DNA of 64,000 bases from Paraspadella gotoi (GCA_051294375.1 CM119266.1:24572312-24636311); one strand, 5' to 3'. Counted from the first letter of the stretch, positions 39,085 through 53,584 are shown. Numbers and translations: made by a program. Notes: a model not told the origin generated them from the sequence alone.

Positions 39085-39527
39085 NNNNNNNNNNNNNNNN
39101 NNNNNNNNNGAGAGAGAGAGAGAGACATATATCCTTGGATCCTCACCCTCAATGTCTTACACTCAGCACTCAGCACAGCACTACATAATACTTATTAGAA
39201 AAAATCGGACGCATATCTCTCTTGGCAACAAAACCCGGACGGAGAACGGAAAGTTCATAGAGCAGATCGAGACCACCCCGAAATTCGCCCCTGGGAGACA
39301 AATCAAGGGATCGACAAAAACGACGATAAAAACGCAATTAGCCAATTTTTAAGACTTTTCGTCCTTTGCCGACAACCGCCGACGACGACGACAATGACGA
39401 CGACGACGAAAAGGCGACGAGCACCACCGAAAACAACGAAAGAGGCAAAGTTCAAACTTCAACGCTCATTTTCGATAACATAACCAAATAAAAAAAAAAT
39501 GTTTGCGGCCAAAACTCAACTCGGGTC

Positions 39528-39780
39528 TTTCGGCACTGTTTTCCGTAAATTCCCCATTTCTATTCCAGAAATTAAGAAGGTAATTTTAAACCTATTATTT
39601 AATCCCAATAATTTACCATTACTCTAATCATAAAATAATCCTTAATACTATTCCCTAATCCCTAGCCTTAATCCTTGACCTTTTCCCCTAACACAAAATC
39701 ATAATCCCAAACCCTAATCCCTAACCTAATCCCTAATCATAACCTTTAACCTACTCACAATGTTGGAAAATATGCCGAAA
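39528..39780. mobile_element. Inverted-repeat element with telomere-like (ccctaa) interior; repeated at about 47688-47972 in the duplicate unit
   Basis: tttcggcactgttttcc and ggaaaatatgccgaaa form an imperfect inverted repeat flanking degenerate ccctaatccctaacc repeats. Confidence 0.6.
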
Positions 39781-40273
39781 AAAAAATAGTCTCATGAGAC
39801 GCTTTATTCGTCGTCTTTTTAAATTTGTGTTCAATGGAAAATTACAGAGAAATTTCCAATACCGAAGATAGGTTACGAGAGCTGGAACCTACTATTTCGA
39901 AAGAGAGATCAGTATTGTCTTTTCCTAAAAGTAGAATTTCTTCAGACTGTGAAACTTAATCATACTTAGTCTTAGAGAAGAAAATAATTAGACCAATTGT
40001 TTTCTCGTCTATTAAGGGAGTATTACTATTAGCCAATCGATAACATAGCTTCGATAAGTAAATCGCAACCGAAATTTTCTCGATTTCATCTCGATCTTTA
40101 TTCTTAAATATTTTTCATTCATCGTTTTTCTCTTCCTACATCTTCGATCTTCTTCCCATTTTCCATTTCCCCCCTTTTCTCTTTGACTCGAACTAATATT
40201 TCCTCCAACTTATAATCTCACTTTCTCCCCTCGGTGTTCCACCTTCCTCCCATTCCCTTTTTTTACTTCCTAC

Positions 40274-42031
40274 TCACTTCTCCTCCTCTTCCCCATCATG
40301 CTCCTCCTGCTCATCCACCATCACCTCGTCCCCTTCCTCTTCTTCTCCTCCACCTCCTCCTGCTTCTTCATCAACCCCCTCTTCTTCCTCTTCCTCCCTC
40401 ATCTTCTCCAGCGCGATCAGAATATCCGTCCACTCCATGACGGTCGTGGATTCGTTGGGCGTTCGGTTCGACGGGAGTTCGACGGTGACTTGGGGCTGAA
40501 CGAGGGCGTGAGTGACTGGGGCGTCGTTGAAGGATAATTGCATCGTCCGCCGTATGTCGCCTCCGCCCCACTGAACATTGGGGAAACGAGACTTGCGAAA
40601 AAGTCGAGACGAATCGATGTCCTCATTGAGTCGGTCACCCATTAGGCATTAACCAATAACCATACGTTCATCTTAACATACAAGTTCATATTAAACTCTA
40701 ACTAACGTCGAGGACCACAAAAACAATCATAAGAACCACGCGCCAAAAAAACAAAACAAAAAAAAACATGAAAAAAACCAAATAATTGAGAAACAACAAC
40801 AACTACGACGACAAGAGTCCAACCTCGACCAAGCCCTTCAAGTAGTTATTGCGTTCCTGGCTGCTCATCTCCGATAAGCGGCGGTTGTGCGAGATGTGCA
40901 GACTCTGCCTCAACTCGTAATCTATTGCATACGAAAGTGTCAAGTCCGCAGAGAGGTGGCCTTGGGACGGGACCGAGAGGCCCTCGTCCGTTACGTCGTC
41001 TATCCCGACGTTTCCACCGGCGTTAACTGTGTCCTCCTCTTCGGAAATATTCAACTGGGCCGGCTGATCAGGGACGGCAAAATTATCGGAGGTAAATAAT
41101 TAGTTTTAAACAATCGACGGAGCAATTACCGATATAGTTGTACGGTATATGATGTAACTCATAAGATATTCATAATAAAACGAAGATGCTACAAACGCGT
41201 AAATGATTAAAATGCGAAGACGATATTAAAAATATAAGGAAGGAACTTTTGATGCAACCAAAAATGAGATTGAGTTCTTCAATCTCATTTGCATATTGTC
41301 GTATTGACATTGACTTGTCATAAATTGGTCGGCAAAGATGATCTGAAGACAAGATGGTCTAGATATAAATTAATAAACATTGACAGATTAAAATAAACAG
41401 TTCCAAAACCAAGACTCTCTCACCACTCAACGAAAATCAGAAAGCAGAGACGATTTAACTCTTGAATGACATGACCCATCTCCCCTTCTCACCTCAACGA
41501 TCGGCGGCAAAACGTAACGCGATTGGTCCTCCGACTCCTCATCGAAACTCAACAACCATTGGTTGGCGTTTCCCTCGAAGCCGCCCATGGGCTCCTGATG
41601 CCCCTGCAAGACCCGCAATCGCTGTTCTTGCTGACGTTGCAGCACATCTCTCTCCACTTTCTGCTTCTTCAAATCCCGCAGCTGTTCCCTGAAAAGGCGA
41701 TCTTGGTCTCGTTGCTTTTTTCGTTGTGCGTGTTGGATCTCGAGACGGGAAAAGTCCTGTCGGAGGGAGAATATGGAATTTGTCACGACAAGCGGAACAC
41801 ATGATCAATGATTCATGATCATCATCGTGATTATTATCAAATAAATAGAAAAAAATATCCGGTACGTATAAATAGAAAAAAATATCCCCTACTCTGCTCT
41901 GATCCAAGCCAACTAATAAGAAACTTACCCACCGCAGCTTCTAACTTACTTTACCTTGTTCTCTTGGAACCAATCTTCGATATCTTCCGCTCTGGAGGCG
42001 TTGATGTCGACGGCCGGCGTCGGACGCGTCT
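40274..42031 (-). CDS. Uncharacterised multi-exon gene (coiled-coil segment, acidic C-terminus); exons include 41955-42031, 41493-41756, about 40824-41063 and about 40274-40650
   Basis: tag|...TRPTPAVDINASRAEDIEDWFQENK|gtaaag joins in phase to cag|DFSRLEIQHAQRKKQRDQDRLFREQLRDLKKQ...PPIVE|gtgaga. Further AG/GT-bounded frames include ...YELRQSLHISHNRRLSEMSSQERNNYLKGLVE and ...MEWTDILIALEKMREEEE. Some junctions and the start are unresolved. Confidence 0.65.
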
Positions 42032-42152
42032 CTAAGAAAGTCTCGTTTTTGTTTTCCACCCAAAATGGAAGCGAACGAGATTTGAGGACCTGCTCGGGGT
42101 GATCGCGCGGAGGGGAATAAAGGCAGGACGAGGATGTGCATATTCGTTATCT

Positions 42153-42218
<66 letters not shown>

Positions 42219-42333
42219 CTTCTCACTCACTTCTCTTCTCTCTCTCTCTCTTCTCTCTCTCTCTTCTCCACTCTCTCTCTCACCATACTATAATTCTGAT
42301 CAGCCATCCCCCCCTCCATGTGCATATTCGTCC

Positions 42334-42403
<70 letters not shown>

Positions 42404-42531
42404 ACTATAATTCTGTTCAGCCATCCCCCCTCCAGCCATCTATCTTCTCCCATCCTCATTTCAGATCAGCCCCTGTCCTCGCTCTCCTCCCCCTCCTCAC
42501 CTCTTTCTCCCCCACCCCACCTTAATTCTAA

Positions 42532-44510
42532 TTAGCCTCCTCGCTCTCTCCCTCTCCCAAAAAGGGTCCTCATCCAATTCTCCGTCGCTTTGGCGAAAAT
42601 TCTGGTGTCGTCTTCTTCGGGACAAGGAACTTCATATTCGTTCAAAAAAGCCCTGATGGTCGATGAAGTTTTTCAAGTCAATATTAAATGAGATAACGTA
42701 ACTTAACCATCTGTAATTAAACTGGAATCGAGATCCTGTAGCAACTAACGTACTCTGGAAGAGTTTATGGACTTACTTCAATAATCATTATCTCTCTTCG
42801 TATGAATTCTATCATTTCTTTATAAGCATTTACTCAACTGTTACGGTAACAGTACCTAAAATCATAGGTCTTGGCGCGTTCCTCGTTACCCAAACTGATG
42901 AAAGCTCGTTTTCTTAGCCAAAACTCGTATAGCGGCTTTAGATGAAAAATAAAATTATAAAAAAGGGGAAAATGTTAAGAAAGTATTTTATTTAACATAA
43001 ATAAAAATTTTTAAAAAGTTATTTTTAATCGTCAGACCTGGACGCTGTACCGAGAGACGCGAAGAGGAACCTCCTCCTCTTGGTAAGTTATCTTCAGCAG
43101 CTTTCGAATCTCGCGGGTAATGAAGCGAATGTCCTAGTGAAGGATAAAGAGGAAGAACGTGAGGAAAATTAAAATGAAAAGAAAGAGAAGACTAAGTAAA
43201 AAAAAAGAAACTAAGGAAAAAAAATTCAAAAAGAATTCAAAAAAAGGATAAAAGCGAGAGAAGGATGATCACAAAAATTGCATGAAGGAATAAAAAAAAA
43301 TGGAGGATGACTAAAAAAATTTGTGGGCGTACCTTCCAATACTTTATGTTCATTTCCGGCAAGCGGTTGGAGTTGCACAGGTACAATCGATTCCCATTGA
43401 TTTGATTTTTCCTTAAAAATCGCCAGTTCGATCAGTTTTCGTTTTTAAAATTTTATTTCTACGGCAAACTTACCTGAAACAGTTTTCGTAGTAGTGAGGA
43501 AACCCCAAGCTTTTGATGAACTTACAGACTTCGTCCACGGACCAGTCCAGGCATTCTTCGAAGGAAAGAAAGAAGAAGATGAGCAAACGGAGATCGAATG
43601 TCTGACAAGATATTCTTTTCCATCCGATCGCGAACCCGGATACCAAACCGTCATCCTCGCTTTGTCGAAAGCTTCGTCGATCAACTCGAAAAATTCTCTT
43701 TCCTAAAAATTAAAACCTGGATCAAAATTACTTCCTTCAGTTACTTATCTTATTGTTGGAGAATACTGAAATCTTTTTTTTCTCGAAATATTGTCTATTA
43801 GCTCTCAAAGTAGGCTCCCCGGATTTTCCAGTACAAACGGACGAACGAATGGAAAGATCGCCCGACCGAATAAAAAACAAACTATCTTTTCTATATTATC
43901 TTTACCTTGCCAGCACCTCATGGAAGCCCTGCGCCGAAACTCACTTGCTCCTGAACAGCACCTTACCTGCACAGGACAGAAGGCGTCGATGGAGGCGAGA
44001 ACTGCGCCCCACAAAGGCCCGAATTCCACCCCGAACTCGTCGTAGAGTTCCGAGTAAGGTCTGCGATGTGTGGGGTTTTTTATCTTTTCTATTTTATCTA
44101 TTTTATCTTTTCTATCTTTCTATTTCATTTTTCATTTATTTCTTTTTTTCTTTCTTTCTTCTTTCTTTATTTCTATGTTATTGTCTTTTTTCTTGTCTCA
44201 ACTATTTTTTTTCTTTCTTGATTTATCTATTTTCCCTCAATAAGATTCTTTTTTTCTTCCTTTCTTTATTTCTTTCCTCGTTGTTCTCCAATGGAGAATC
44301 TCCATATCAACTCCCCCTGCCGAGCAACTCACTCGACCGTCTCCAAGCTGTCCGATCTGTCCAATTCCGGCTCGGCCTCCTTGCACGGGATGGTCACGTG
44401 CTCGTGAAGCGGCGCCGCGCGACACGTGAAACCGTGACAGAGGAAACCGTCGCAGCTCTCTTCGAGGCAGTTGGCTTTGCAGGGCCACTTGTAGTGGGAG
44501 GGAGGGAGAG

Positions 44511-44592
<82 letters not shown>

Positions 44593-45050
44593 AATTGGAA
44601 CATTCACACATTATCTCGGTTACCTTACCTTCGGCGGCGTCTCAAGCGGCTGCGTGATCCGGATCACTTCTTTCCTGAGTTCACGACAGGGAAGGTTCCT
44701 CACTCGCTTTTCATTCCTGCGTAACAAAAAATGGCGATTCAAATAATTGCCGTGAATATAACTAAAAAAATTAACTCTTAATATGAAAATAAATGAATTA
44801 TTATACACTCGCCTGATAACCCAAGGGAATTTTTTGGGATCATCCCTAATCCTCGATGGACGAAGAACAAGGTCGCCGAGTCGACGCGAGGTGGTCTGAT
44901 GGGGCGGGTGAGGGGGGAGATTTCCCAGCGGCGGTGGGTTCTAAGGGTGGGTAAGCGAAAAAAGCGCAACATGGGATAAGTCAGGCACCATTTTATTTCT
45001 ATTAATAGTGCGAACCTTACCCGCGTCCAGTGTCGAACATTGAAGATCAT
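42532..45050 (-). CDS. SAM-domain protein, SAMD15-like, 339 aa; exons complement(45021-45050, 44813-44940, 44629-44716, 44333-44487, 43967-44060, 43636-43702, 43474-43555, 43333-43411, 43038-43133, 42856-42935, 42532-42652)
   Basis: Eleven phase-compatible exons total 1020 nt from ATG to TAA. The segment PECLDWSVDEVCKFIKSLGFPHYYENCFRKNQINGNRLYLCNSNRLPEMNIKYWKDIRFITREIRKLL matches the SAM pattern WSxxxVxxFxxxLGFxxYxxxFxxNxIxG, closest by memory to SAMD15. Most of this gene is not apparent in the ORF track. Confidence 0.82.
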
Positions 45051-45533
45051 GGAATGCGGCAAAAAGTGAGGATCTTTGGCGCGGTTATCTAATTCTATTT
45101 CCATTTTTATCGTTTATAATATTATTTAGATTTTTATAAATGTATTTATATAATATTAATCTATTTGTAGTATATAGAAAATTTAAACTTAAACAGAAAA
45201 CTCTAAGTATTAAAAATGGGCTTTCGTTCTTTGGACGAAGCTGGAAAAAAAATGTATTGAATGAATGGATAAATTTATCTTGGTTTTACCATAAGATCAA
45301 TCGTAAAGTTTTTCTATGATGTAGTTTTAAGTCATACCACCAACGACATTTAGTTGATTAAATATAATTAAATATAATTGCCACACTGGTTTCAAAACCC
45401 TCATCCCCACTCACCTCGTAGGTCTGGAAAGTCTCTCTCTCTCTCTCTCTCTCGTTGCTGCATCGTCTGGGTGGCCACCGACATCAAAACGTCAGGAGAC
45501 GACCTCATTTTTCGGCTTTTTCCTCCTCCAGAA

Positions 45534-45606
<73 letters not shown>

Positions 45607-46620
45607 AGAGAGAAGAAAGAGAGAGAGAGAGAGAGAGTTTGGCCGGGAAAGAGAGGTTTAAAAATTTTAAGAGAGGACGCTTATATCGAAGCAGGAAAGT
45701 GAGAGTTTCGGAAATTTTTTCTCGACATTAGGGTGGCGCTGTGGATTGGAGGGGGAGTGACTTGCGCGATGGGTGGGAGGGGGTTAGGAACGTTAAATAG
45801 TTGGACGACATGAAAAATACAACAGTACTTTGGCTAAAGCACGATTTTTTTGTATATTTTGCCGAGATGTTCACAGAGCGAAGCGTATAACTGTCGAAAT
45901 TTAAATTTGAAGTGTGTATTCTGTATTGCGTGTAGACTGTAGAGTTTAAGAGTATTGACTACGACGGTAGTTAATGATTACTACTAGGAATAAATAGTTC
46001 TTCATTTTTAACGAACAAAGAAGATATATAAAATAAATTTATTTGAAAACAACCGCTGATAACGACGACGCAGATGATACTGAGAACAACATCGCGAAAT
46101 TTCAGAAATAAAAATGAGGTTCGAATCGAATGCACTTGCAGCTATGATCGTTTACGAGAAAATAACAGTAATACTAGTTTTAAAATACGAAGTCGATGGG
46201 GGGAGTGGAAAGGAAGGAATGCTGAAGAGATAAAAACGCGCGGATGATAGAAAATCGTTAAAAAAGCGTCAGTCAATGAACCTCGAACTCGGCGGAGGTT
46301 TAACGCCCCCGAGGGAAAGACAACCACGCCCCTCGCACCCCTTAAAGTCCGGCAACCCCCGTTCCGCCCTTCTAAAGATGAAGGGCTGTAATTTAAAGCA
46401 ACCTAACGCTAACTTTCAGAATTCATTTAGTTCGTTTGATTCATTTAGTTTGATGCTCATCTTTTTTTTAAATCTAATTCTAGTTCTTAAGATTTTTTTA
46501 TTTTTAAATCCTCACTTCACTCTTTTGCCTTCAATTCTCCGGCACTCCTTGGCTTCCACCGCGCGGTCAAAGCGCATTTTTTTGCTCGCTTTAACGTCCT
46601 GCCACTCTCTCTCTCTCTCA

Positions 46621-46705
<85 letters not shown>

Positions 46706-47417
46706 AATGAAGAAATTTATGAATTTTTAAAGTCTCTCTTTTTATCTCAATTCAAAATACCTTTCAAAACAGTTCAATACTTAAAACAGAAAGATGAAGC
46801 TTTTGAAATCACGCCAAAAACTTACAACTTCAACTATAACAATTTTACTATGCATTTATAAAAGATGCCCTTAAAACGCAGTTTTCAACGGTTACGGCGC
46901 ATATTTTTTAGGGGGCCATCCACTCTCTCTCTCTCTCTGTCTTTTTCTGTCTTTTTTCTTTCTCTCTCTCTCTCTCTCAAAGTGATATTCTATATTCACG
47001 TCCCTATCCTGCCAACTCTCTCCCTCTACTTCTCTTTTTTTCACCTGGGCTCCCCCTTCCCTACCTCACTTTCACATCCCATTCGGTTTATTATCTTTAA
47101 ACCGAACGATTAAACTTTATGAGTCTGCCAGAGGAGAAAAAGCAGCTGATGCGGCCGCCAAAGAGGAGAGAAGAAAGACTTTCACAAAAATTGAGAGAGA
47201 TGGATTTTTTTTTTAGAACAAGTCCGTCGGTTTTTTTTTTAAACCTTTAAACTGACTAATATTCGCCCCTAGCAGTTTTTAGTGTTAGTTTGAAAGTTGA
47301 AACGTCCATTTTGTTTAATTGGCAGACTTTTAAATTTAAGACATCCGAAATAGATACGAAACATAGAAATTTTTGCAGCAGGANNNNNNNNNNNNNNNNN
47401 NNNNNNNNAGAGAGAGA

Positions 47418-50400
47418 TACCACCCGAAATTCGCCCCTGGGAGACAAATAAGGGATCGACAAAAAACGACGATAAAAACGCAATTAGCCAATTTTTTAAG
47501 AACTTTTCGTCCTTTGCCGGGACAACCGCCGACGACGACGACAAGAACGACGACGACGAAGAAAGGCGACGAGCACCACCGAAAAACAACGAAAGAGGCA
47601 AAGTTCAAACTTCAACGCTCACATTTTCGATAACATAATCCAAAATAAAAAAAAAAATGGTTTGCGGGGGCCAGAAATCACTCGGGTCTTTCGGCAACTC
47701 GTTTTCCGTAAAATTCCCCATTTCTATTATCCAGAAATTAAGAAAGGTAATTTTAAACCTATTATTAAATCCCAATAATTTACCATTACTCTAATCATAA
47801 AAATAAATCCTTAATACTATTCCCTAATCCCTAGCCTTAATCCTTGACCTTTCCCTAACACAAATGCATAATCCCTAACCTTACGGTAATCTAAAAGCAT
47901 AACCCCAAAACCTAATCCTAACCTAATCCTAATCATAACCTTAAATACTCACATTTTTGGAAATATCCGAAAAAAAAATAGTTCATGAGACGCTTTATTC
48001 GTCGTCTTTTATAATTTGTGTTCAATGGAAATTACAGAGAAATTTCAATACCGAAGATAGGTTACGAGAGCTGGAACTACTATTCTGAAAGAGAGATCAG
48101 TAATTGTCTTTTCGCTAAAAGTAGAATTTCTTCAAGATGTGAACTTAATCATATCTTAGTAGGACTAACCTCTGACCGAAAAAAGTCAAGGTTTTTTTTA
48201 ATATATTCTTTGACGGCAAATGTAGAATGATGGCTAATATTTGCATTTAAGTTTCAAAAAAAATCCGACATAAATATAGAAAATATTAACAAAATCTTCG
48301 AAATCCACCCTTCTTTTGGAAGATTTTCCGCCTATATTTTTTTCCGAATCTGACTCCCGTTGAAACACTCTTAAGAATTCGATCGTTAGCTCCTCTTTTA
48401 CTTTTACTTTAAATAAAAATCTTCACCCAAAATGGACTAATTCACTTTAACATGATCGTATCAATATTAAAATAACCAAAATGAATTTGTAAAGAAAAAT
48501 TTTGAGAGCCTTCAAAATAATTGCTATCGGATCTGAATTCGAAGTTTATTGTAAAAATGAACATCCTTAAATGCGTTGACATTTGTATTGAAGTTTGAGA
48601 AATCCCTTTATTTTATATATAAAAATTGGCGGTCAAAAATATTCTCCGAGCGGACTCAGTCCATTTGAATCAAATGGTTTGATGTCAAATGAGGTTATTT
48701 TTTGTCAAGCAGAAAAAAAAATCGAGCCTTCAGAAGATAACAGGAATCGGAATCGATCTGTTTTTTTACATTATTTTAACCTAATTTTTCCAGGGGCGTT
48801 GACATATTTGTAGTCAGATTTAACAAAAATCTCCATTGAAAAGTTTCCTCGATTTCTAAGAACGACGTAGACTCCTATACTTAGTCTGTAGGAGAAGAAA
48901 ATAATTAGACGCAAATTGTTTTCTCGTCTATTAAGGAGTATTACTATTAGCCAATCGATAACATGAGCTTCGATAAGTAAATCGGCAACCGAAATTTTCT
49001 GCGATTTCATCTCCGATCTTTATTTCTTAAAATATTTTTCATTCATGCGTTTTTCTCTTCCTACACATCTTCGATCTCTTCCCATTTTCCATTTCCCCCT
49101 TTTCTCTTTGACTCGAACTAATATTTCCTCCAACTTAATAATCTCACTTTCTCCCCCGGTGTTCCACCTTCCTCCATTCCCTTTTTTTTTTAAAACTTCT
49201 CTCACTATTCCTCACTCTTCCCCTCATGTCCTCCTGCTCATCCCACCATCCCTCGTCCCTTACCTCTTCTCTCCTCACAACCTCCTCCTGCTTTTCATCA
49301 ACCCCTCTTCTCCCTCTTCCTCGCTCATCTTTCCCAGCGCGACCAGAATATCCGTCCGCACTCCATGACGGTCGTAGGATTCGTTGGGCGTTCGGTTCGA
49401 CGGGAGTTCGAACGGTGACTTGGGGCTGAACGAGGGCGTGAGTGACTGGGGCGTCGTTGAAGGGATAATTGCATCGTCCGCCGTATGTCGCCTCCGCCCC
49501 ACTGAACATTGGGGCAAACGAAGACTTGCGAAAAGTCGAGACGAATCGATGTCCTCATTGAGTCGGTCACACCATTAGGCATTAACAAGTACCATAAACG
49601 TTATCTTAACATACAAGTTCATATAAACTCTAACTAACGTTCGAGGACCACAAAACAATCAATACAGAAACGCACGCCCAAAAAAAAAAAAAAAAAAAAC
49701 AATGAAAAACAAATAATTGAGAAACAACAACAACTACGACGACAAGAGTCCAACCTCAGACCAAGCCCTTCAAGTAGTTATTGCGTTCCTGGCTGCTCAA
49801 TCTCCGATAAGCGGCGGTTGTGCTGGGAGATGTTGCAGACTCTGCCGTCAACTCGTAATCTTATTGCATACGAAAGTTGTCAAGTCCGCAGAGAGGTGGC
49901 CTTGGGACGGGAACCGAGAGGCCCTCGTCGTTTACGGTCGTCTATCCCGACGTTTTCACCGGCGTTAACTGTGTCCCCTCCTCTTCGGAAATTATTCAAC
50001 TGGGCGGCTGATCAGGACGGCAAAATTATCGGAGGTAATAATTAGTTTTAAACAATCGACGGAGCAATTACCGATATACGTTGTACGGTATATGAATTAA
50101 CTCATAAGATAATTCAATCAATAAAAGCGAAGATGCTACAAACGCGTACATTATTATAAAATGCGAAGACGATATTAAAATATAAGGAAGGAACTTTTGA
50201 TGCAACCAAAAAATGAGATTGAGTTCTCAAATCTCATTTGCAATATGGTCGTATTGACATTGACTTTGTTCATAAATTGGTCGGCAAAGATGATCTGAAG
50301 ACAGATGTCTACGAATATAAAATTAATAAACTTACAGAATTTTAAATAAAACAGTTCCAAAAACCAAGACTCTCTCACCACTCAACGAAAATCAAGAAAG

Positions 50401-51152
50401 CAGAGACGATTTAACTGCTTGAATGACATGACCCATCTCCCCTTCTCAAGCTCAACATCGGCGGCAAAACGTAACGCGATTGGTCCTCGAACTCCTCATC
50501 GAAACTATCAACCATTGGTTGGCGTTTTCCCTCACAAGCCGCCCATGGGCTCCTGAATGCCTCTTGCAAGACCGCAATCGCTGTTACTTGTTGACGTTGC
50601 AGCACATCTCTCTCGCACTTCTGCTTCTTCAAATCCCGCAGCTGTCCTTTGAAAAAGGCGATCTTGGTCTCGTTGCTTTTTTCGTTGTGCGTGTTGGATC
50701 TCGAGACGGGAAAAGTCCTGTCGGAAGGGAGAATATGGAATTTGTCCAACGAACAAGCGGAAACAAATGATCATGATTCAGATCATCATCGTGAATTATT
50801 ATGCAAATAAATAGAAAAAAATATCCGGTATATAAATAGAAAAAAATTCCCCTACTCTGCTTCTGAATCCAACGCCAACCTAATAAGAAACTTACCCACC
50901 GCAGCTTCTAACTTACTTTAACTTGTTCTCATGGAACCAATCTTCGATATCTCCGCTCTGGAAGGCGTTGAATGTCGACGGCCGGCGTCGGACGCGTCTC
51001 TAAGAAGTCTCTTTTTTGTTTCCACCCAAAATGGAAGCGAACGGAGATTTGAGGACCTGCTTCGGGGTGATCGCGCGAGGGGAATAAAGGCAGGAACGAG
51101 GATGTGCATATTTCGTTATCTCTCTCAATCTCCTCCATCTCTCCAGTTTTTC

Positions 51153-51195
<43 letters not shown>

Positions 51196-51299
51196 TCTTC
51201 TCTTCTCTCTATCCCTCTCCCCTCACTTCTACTACTATTTCTGATCAGCCATCCCCCCTCATGTGCCAATTTCGTCATCTCTCTCTCTCTCTCAGTCCT

Positions 51300-51335
<36 letters not shown>

Positions 51336-53509
51336 ATCTCTTCTCTCTACCATACTATAATTCTGTTCAGCCTCCCCGCCTCCCAGCCCATCTATCTTCT
51401 CCCATCCATGCATTTCAGATCAGCCCCTGTCTCGCTTCTCCTCCCCCTCCTACCTCTTTCTCCCCCCAACACCCCACGCTTAATTCTAATTTAGCCTCCT
51501 CGCTCTCTTCCCTCTCCAAAAGGGTCCTCATCCAATTCCCGTAGCTTTGAGCGAAAATTTCGGTGTCGTCTTCTTCGGGACAAGGAAACTTCATATTCGT
51601 TCAAAAAAGCCCTGATCGGGATGAAGTTTTTCAAGTCTAATGAATTAAATAAGATATACGTAACTTAACGCATCTGTATATTAAACTGGAATCGGAGATC
51701 CTGTAGCAACTAACCGTACTCTGGAAGAGGAGTTTTATGGACTTACTTCAATAATAATCATTATCCTCTTCGTATGAAATTCTATCATTTCTTTATAAGC
51801 ATTTACTCAACTGTTACGGTAACAGTAACCCTAAAATCAATAGGTCTTGGCGCGTTCCTCGTTTACGCAAACAACTGATTGGAAAGCTCGTTTCTTAGCC
51901 AAAACTCTGTACAGCGGCTTTAGATGAAAAATAAAATTATAAAAAAGGGAAAATGTTAAGAAAAGTATTTTATTTAACATAAATAAAAATTTTTTAAATT
52001 ATTTTTAATCGTCAGACCTGGACGCTGTACCGAGAGACGCGAAGAGGAACCTCCTCCTCTTGGTAAGTTATCTTCAGCAGCTTTCGAATCTCGCGGTAAT
52101 GAAGCGAATGTCTAGTGAAGGATAAAGAGGAAGAACGTGAGGAAAATTAAAATGAAAAGAAAGAGAAAGACTAAGTAAAAAAAAAAGAAACTAAGGAAAA
52201 AAAAATTCAAAAAGAATTCGAAAAAAAGGGAGTAAAAGCAGAGAGAAGGTATGATCACAAAAATTGCATGAAGGAATAAAAAAAAATGGAGGATGACTAA
52301 AAAAAATTTGTGGGCCGTACCTTCCAATACTTTATGTTTCATTTCCGGCAAGCGGTTTTGGAGTTGCACAAGGTACAATCGATTCCCATTGATTTGATTT
52401 TTCCTTAAATCGCCAGTTCGATCAGTTTTCGTTTTAAAATTTATTTCTACGGCAAACTTACCTGAACAGTTTTCGTAGTAGTGAAGAAACCCCAAGCTTT
52501 GATGAACTTACAGACTTGTCACACGGACCAGTCCAGGGCATTCTTCGAAGGAAAGAAAGAAGAAGATGAGCAAACGGAGATCGAATGTCTGACAAGATAT
52601 TCTTTTCCATCCGATCGCGAACCCGGATACCAAACCGTCATCCTCGCTTTGGTCGAAAGCTTCGTCGATCAAACTCGAAAAATTCTCTTTCCTAAAAATT
52701 AAAACCTGGATTACAAATTACTTCCTTCAAGTTACTTATCTTATGTTGGAGAATACTGAAAATCTTTTTTTTTCTCGAAATATTGTCTATTAACTCTCAA
52801 AAAGTAGGCTCCCCGGATTTTCCAGTACAAACGGACCAGAACGAATGGAAAGATCGCCCGACAGAATAAAAAACAAACTATCTTTTCTATATTATCTTTA
52901 CCTGCCAGCACCTCATGGAAGCCCTGCCGCCGAAACTCACTTGCCTCCAGAACAGCACCTTACCTGCACAGGACAGAAGGCGTCGATGGAGGCGAGAAAC
53001 TGCGCCCACAAAGGCCCGAATTCCACCCCGAACTCGTCGTAGAGTTCTCCGAGTAAGGTCTGCGATGTGTGGGGTTTTTAATCTTTTCTATTTTATCTAT
53101 TTATCTTTTCTATCTTTCTATTTCTTTTCATTTATTTCCTTTTTTTCTTTCTTTCTTCTTCTTTCTTATTTCTAGTTATTGTCTTTTTTTCTTGTCTCAA
53201 CTATTTTTTTTCTTTCTGATTTATCTATTTTCCCTCAATAAGATCTTTTTTTCTTCCTTTCTTTATTTCTTTCCTCGTTGTTCTCCAATGGAGATCTCCA
53301 TATCAACTCCCCTGCGAGCAACTCACTCGACCGTCTCCAAGCTGTCCGATCTGTCCAATTCCGGCTCGGCCTCCTTGCCACGGGATGGTCACGTGCTCGT
53401 GAAGCGGCGCCGCGCGACACGTGAAACCGTGACAGAGGAAACCGTCGCAGCTCTCTTCGAGGCAGTGTGGCTTTGCAGGGCCACTTGTAGTGGGAGGGAG
53501 GGAGAGAGA

Positions 53510-53584
<75 letters not shown>

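Larger units (their letters stand above)
39270..47383. repeat. Tandem duplication unit, copy 1 (about 8.1 kb)
   Basis: Collinear with 47418-56385, from accacccgaaattcgcccctgggagac to ...gaaacatagaaatttt. Confidence 0.92.

Noticed and set aside
43753-44724. 323-aa plus-strand ORF
   Set aside because: Antisense to the SAM gene exons and padded by low-complexity intronic sequence.
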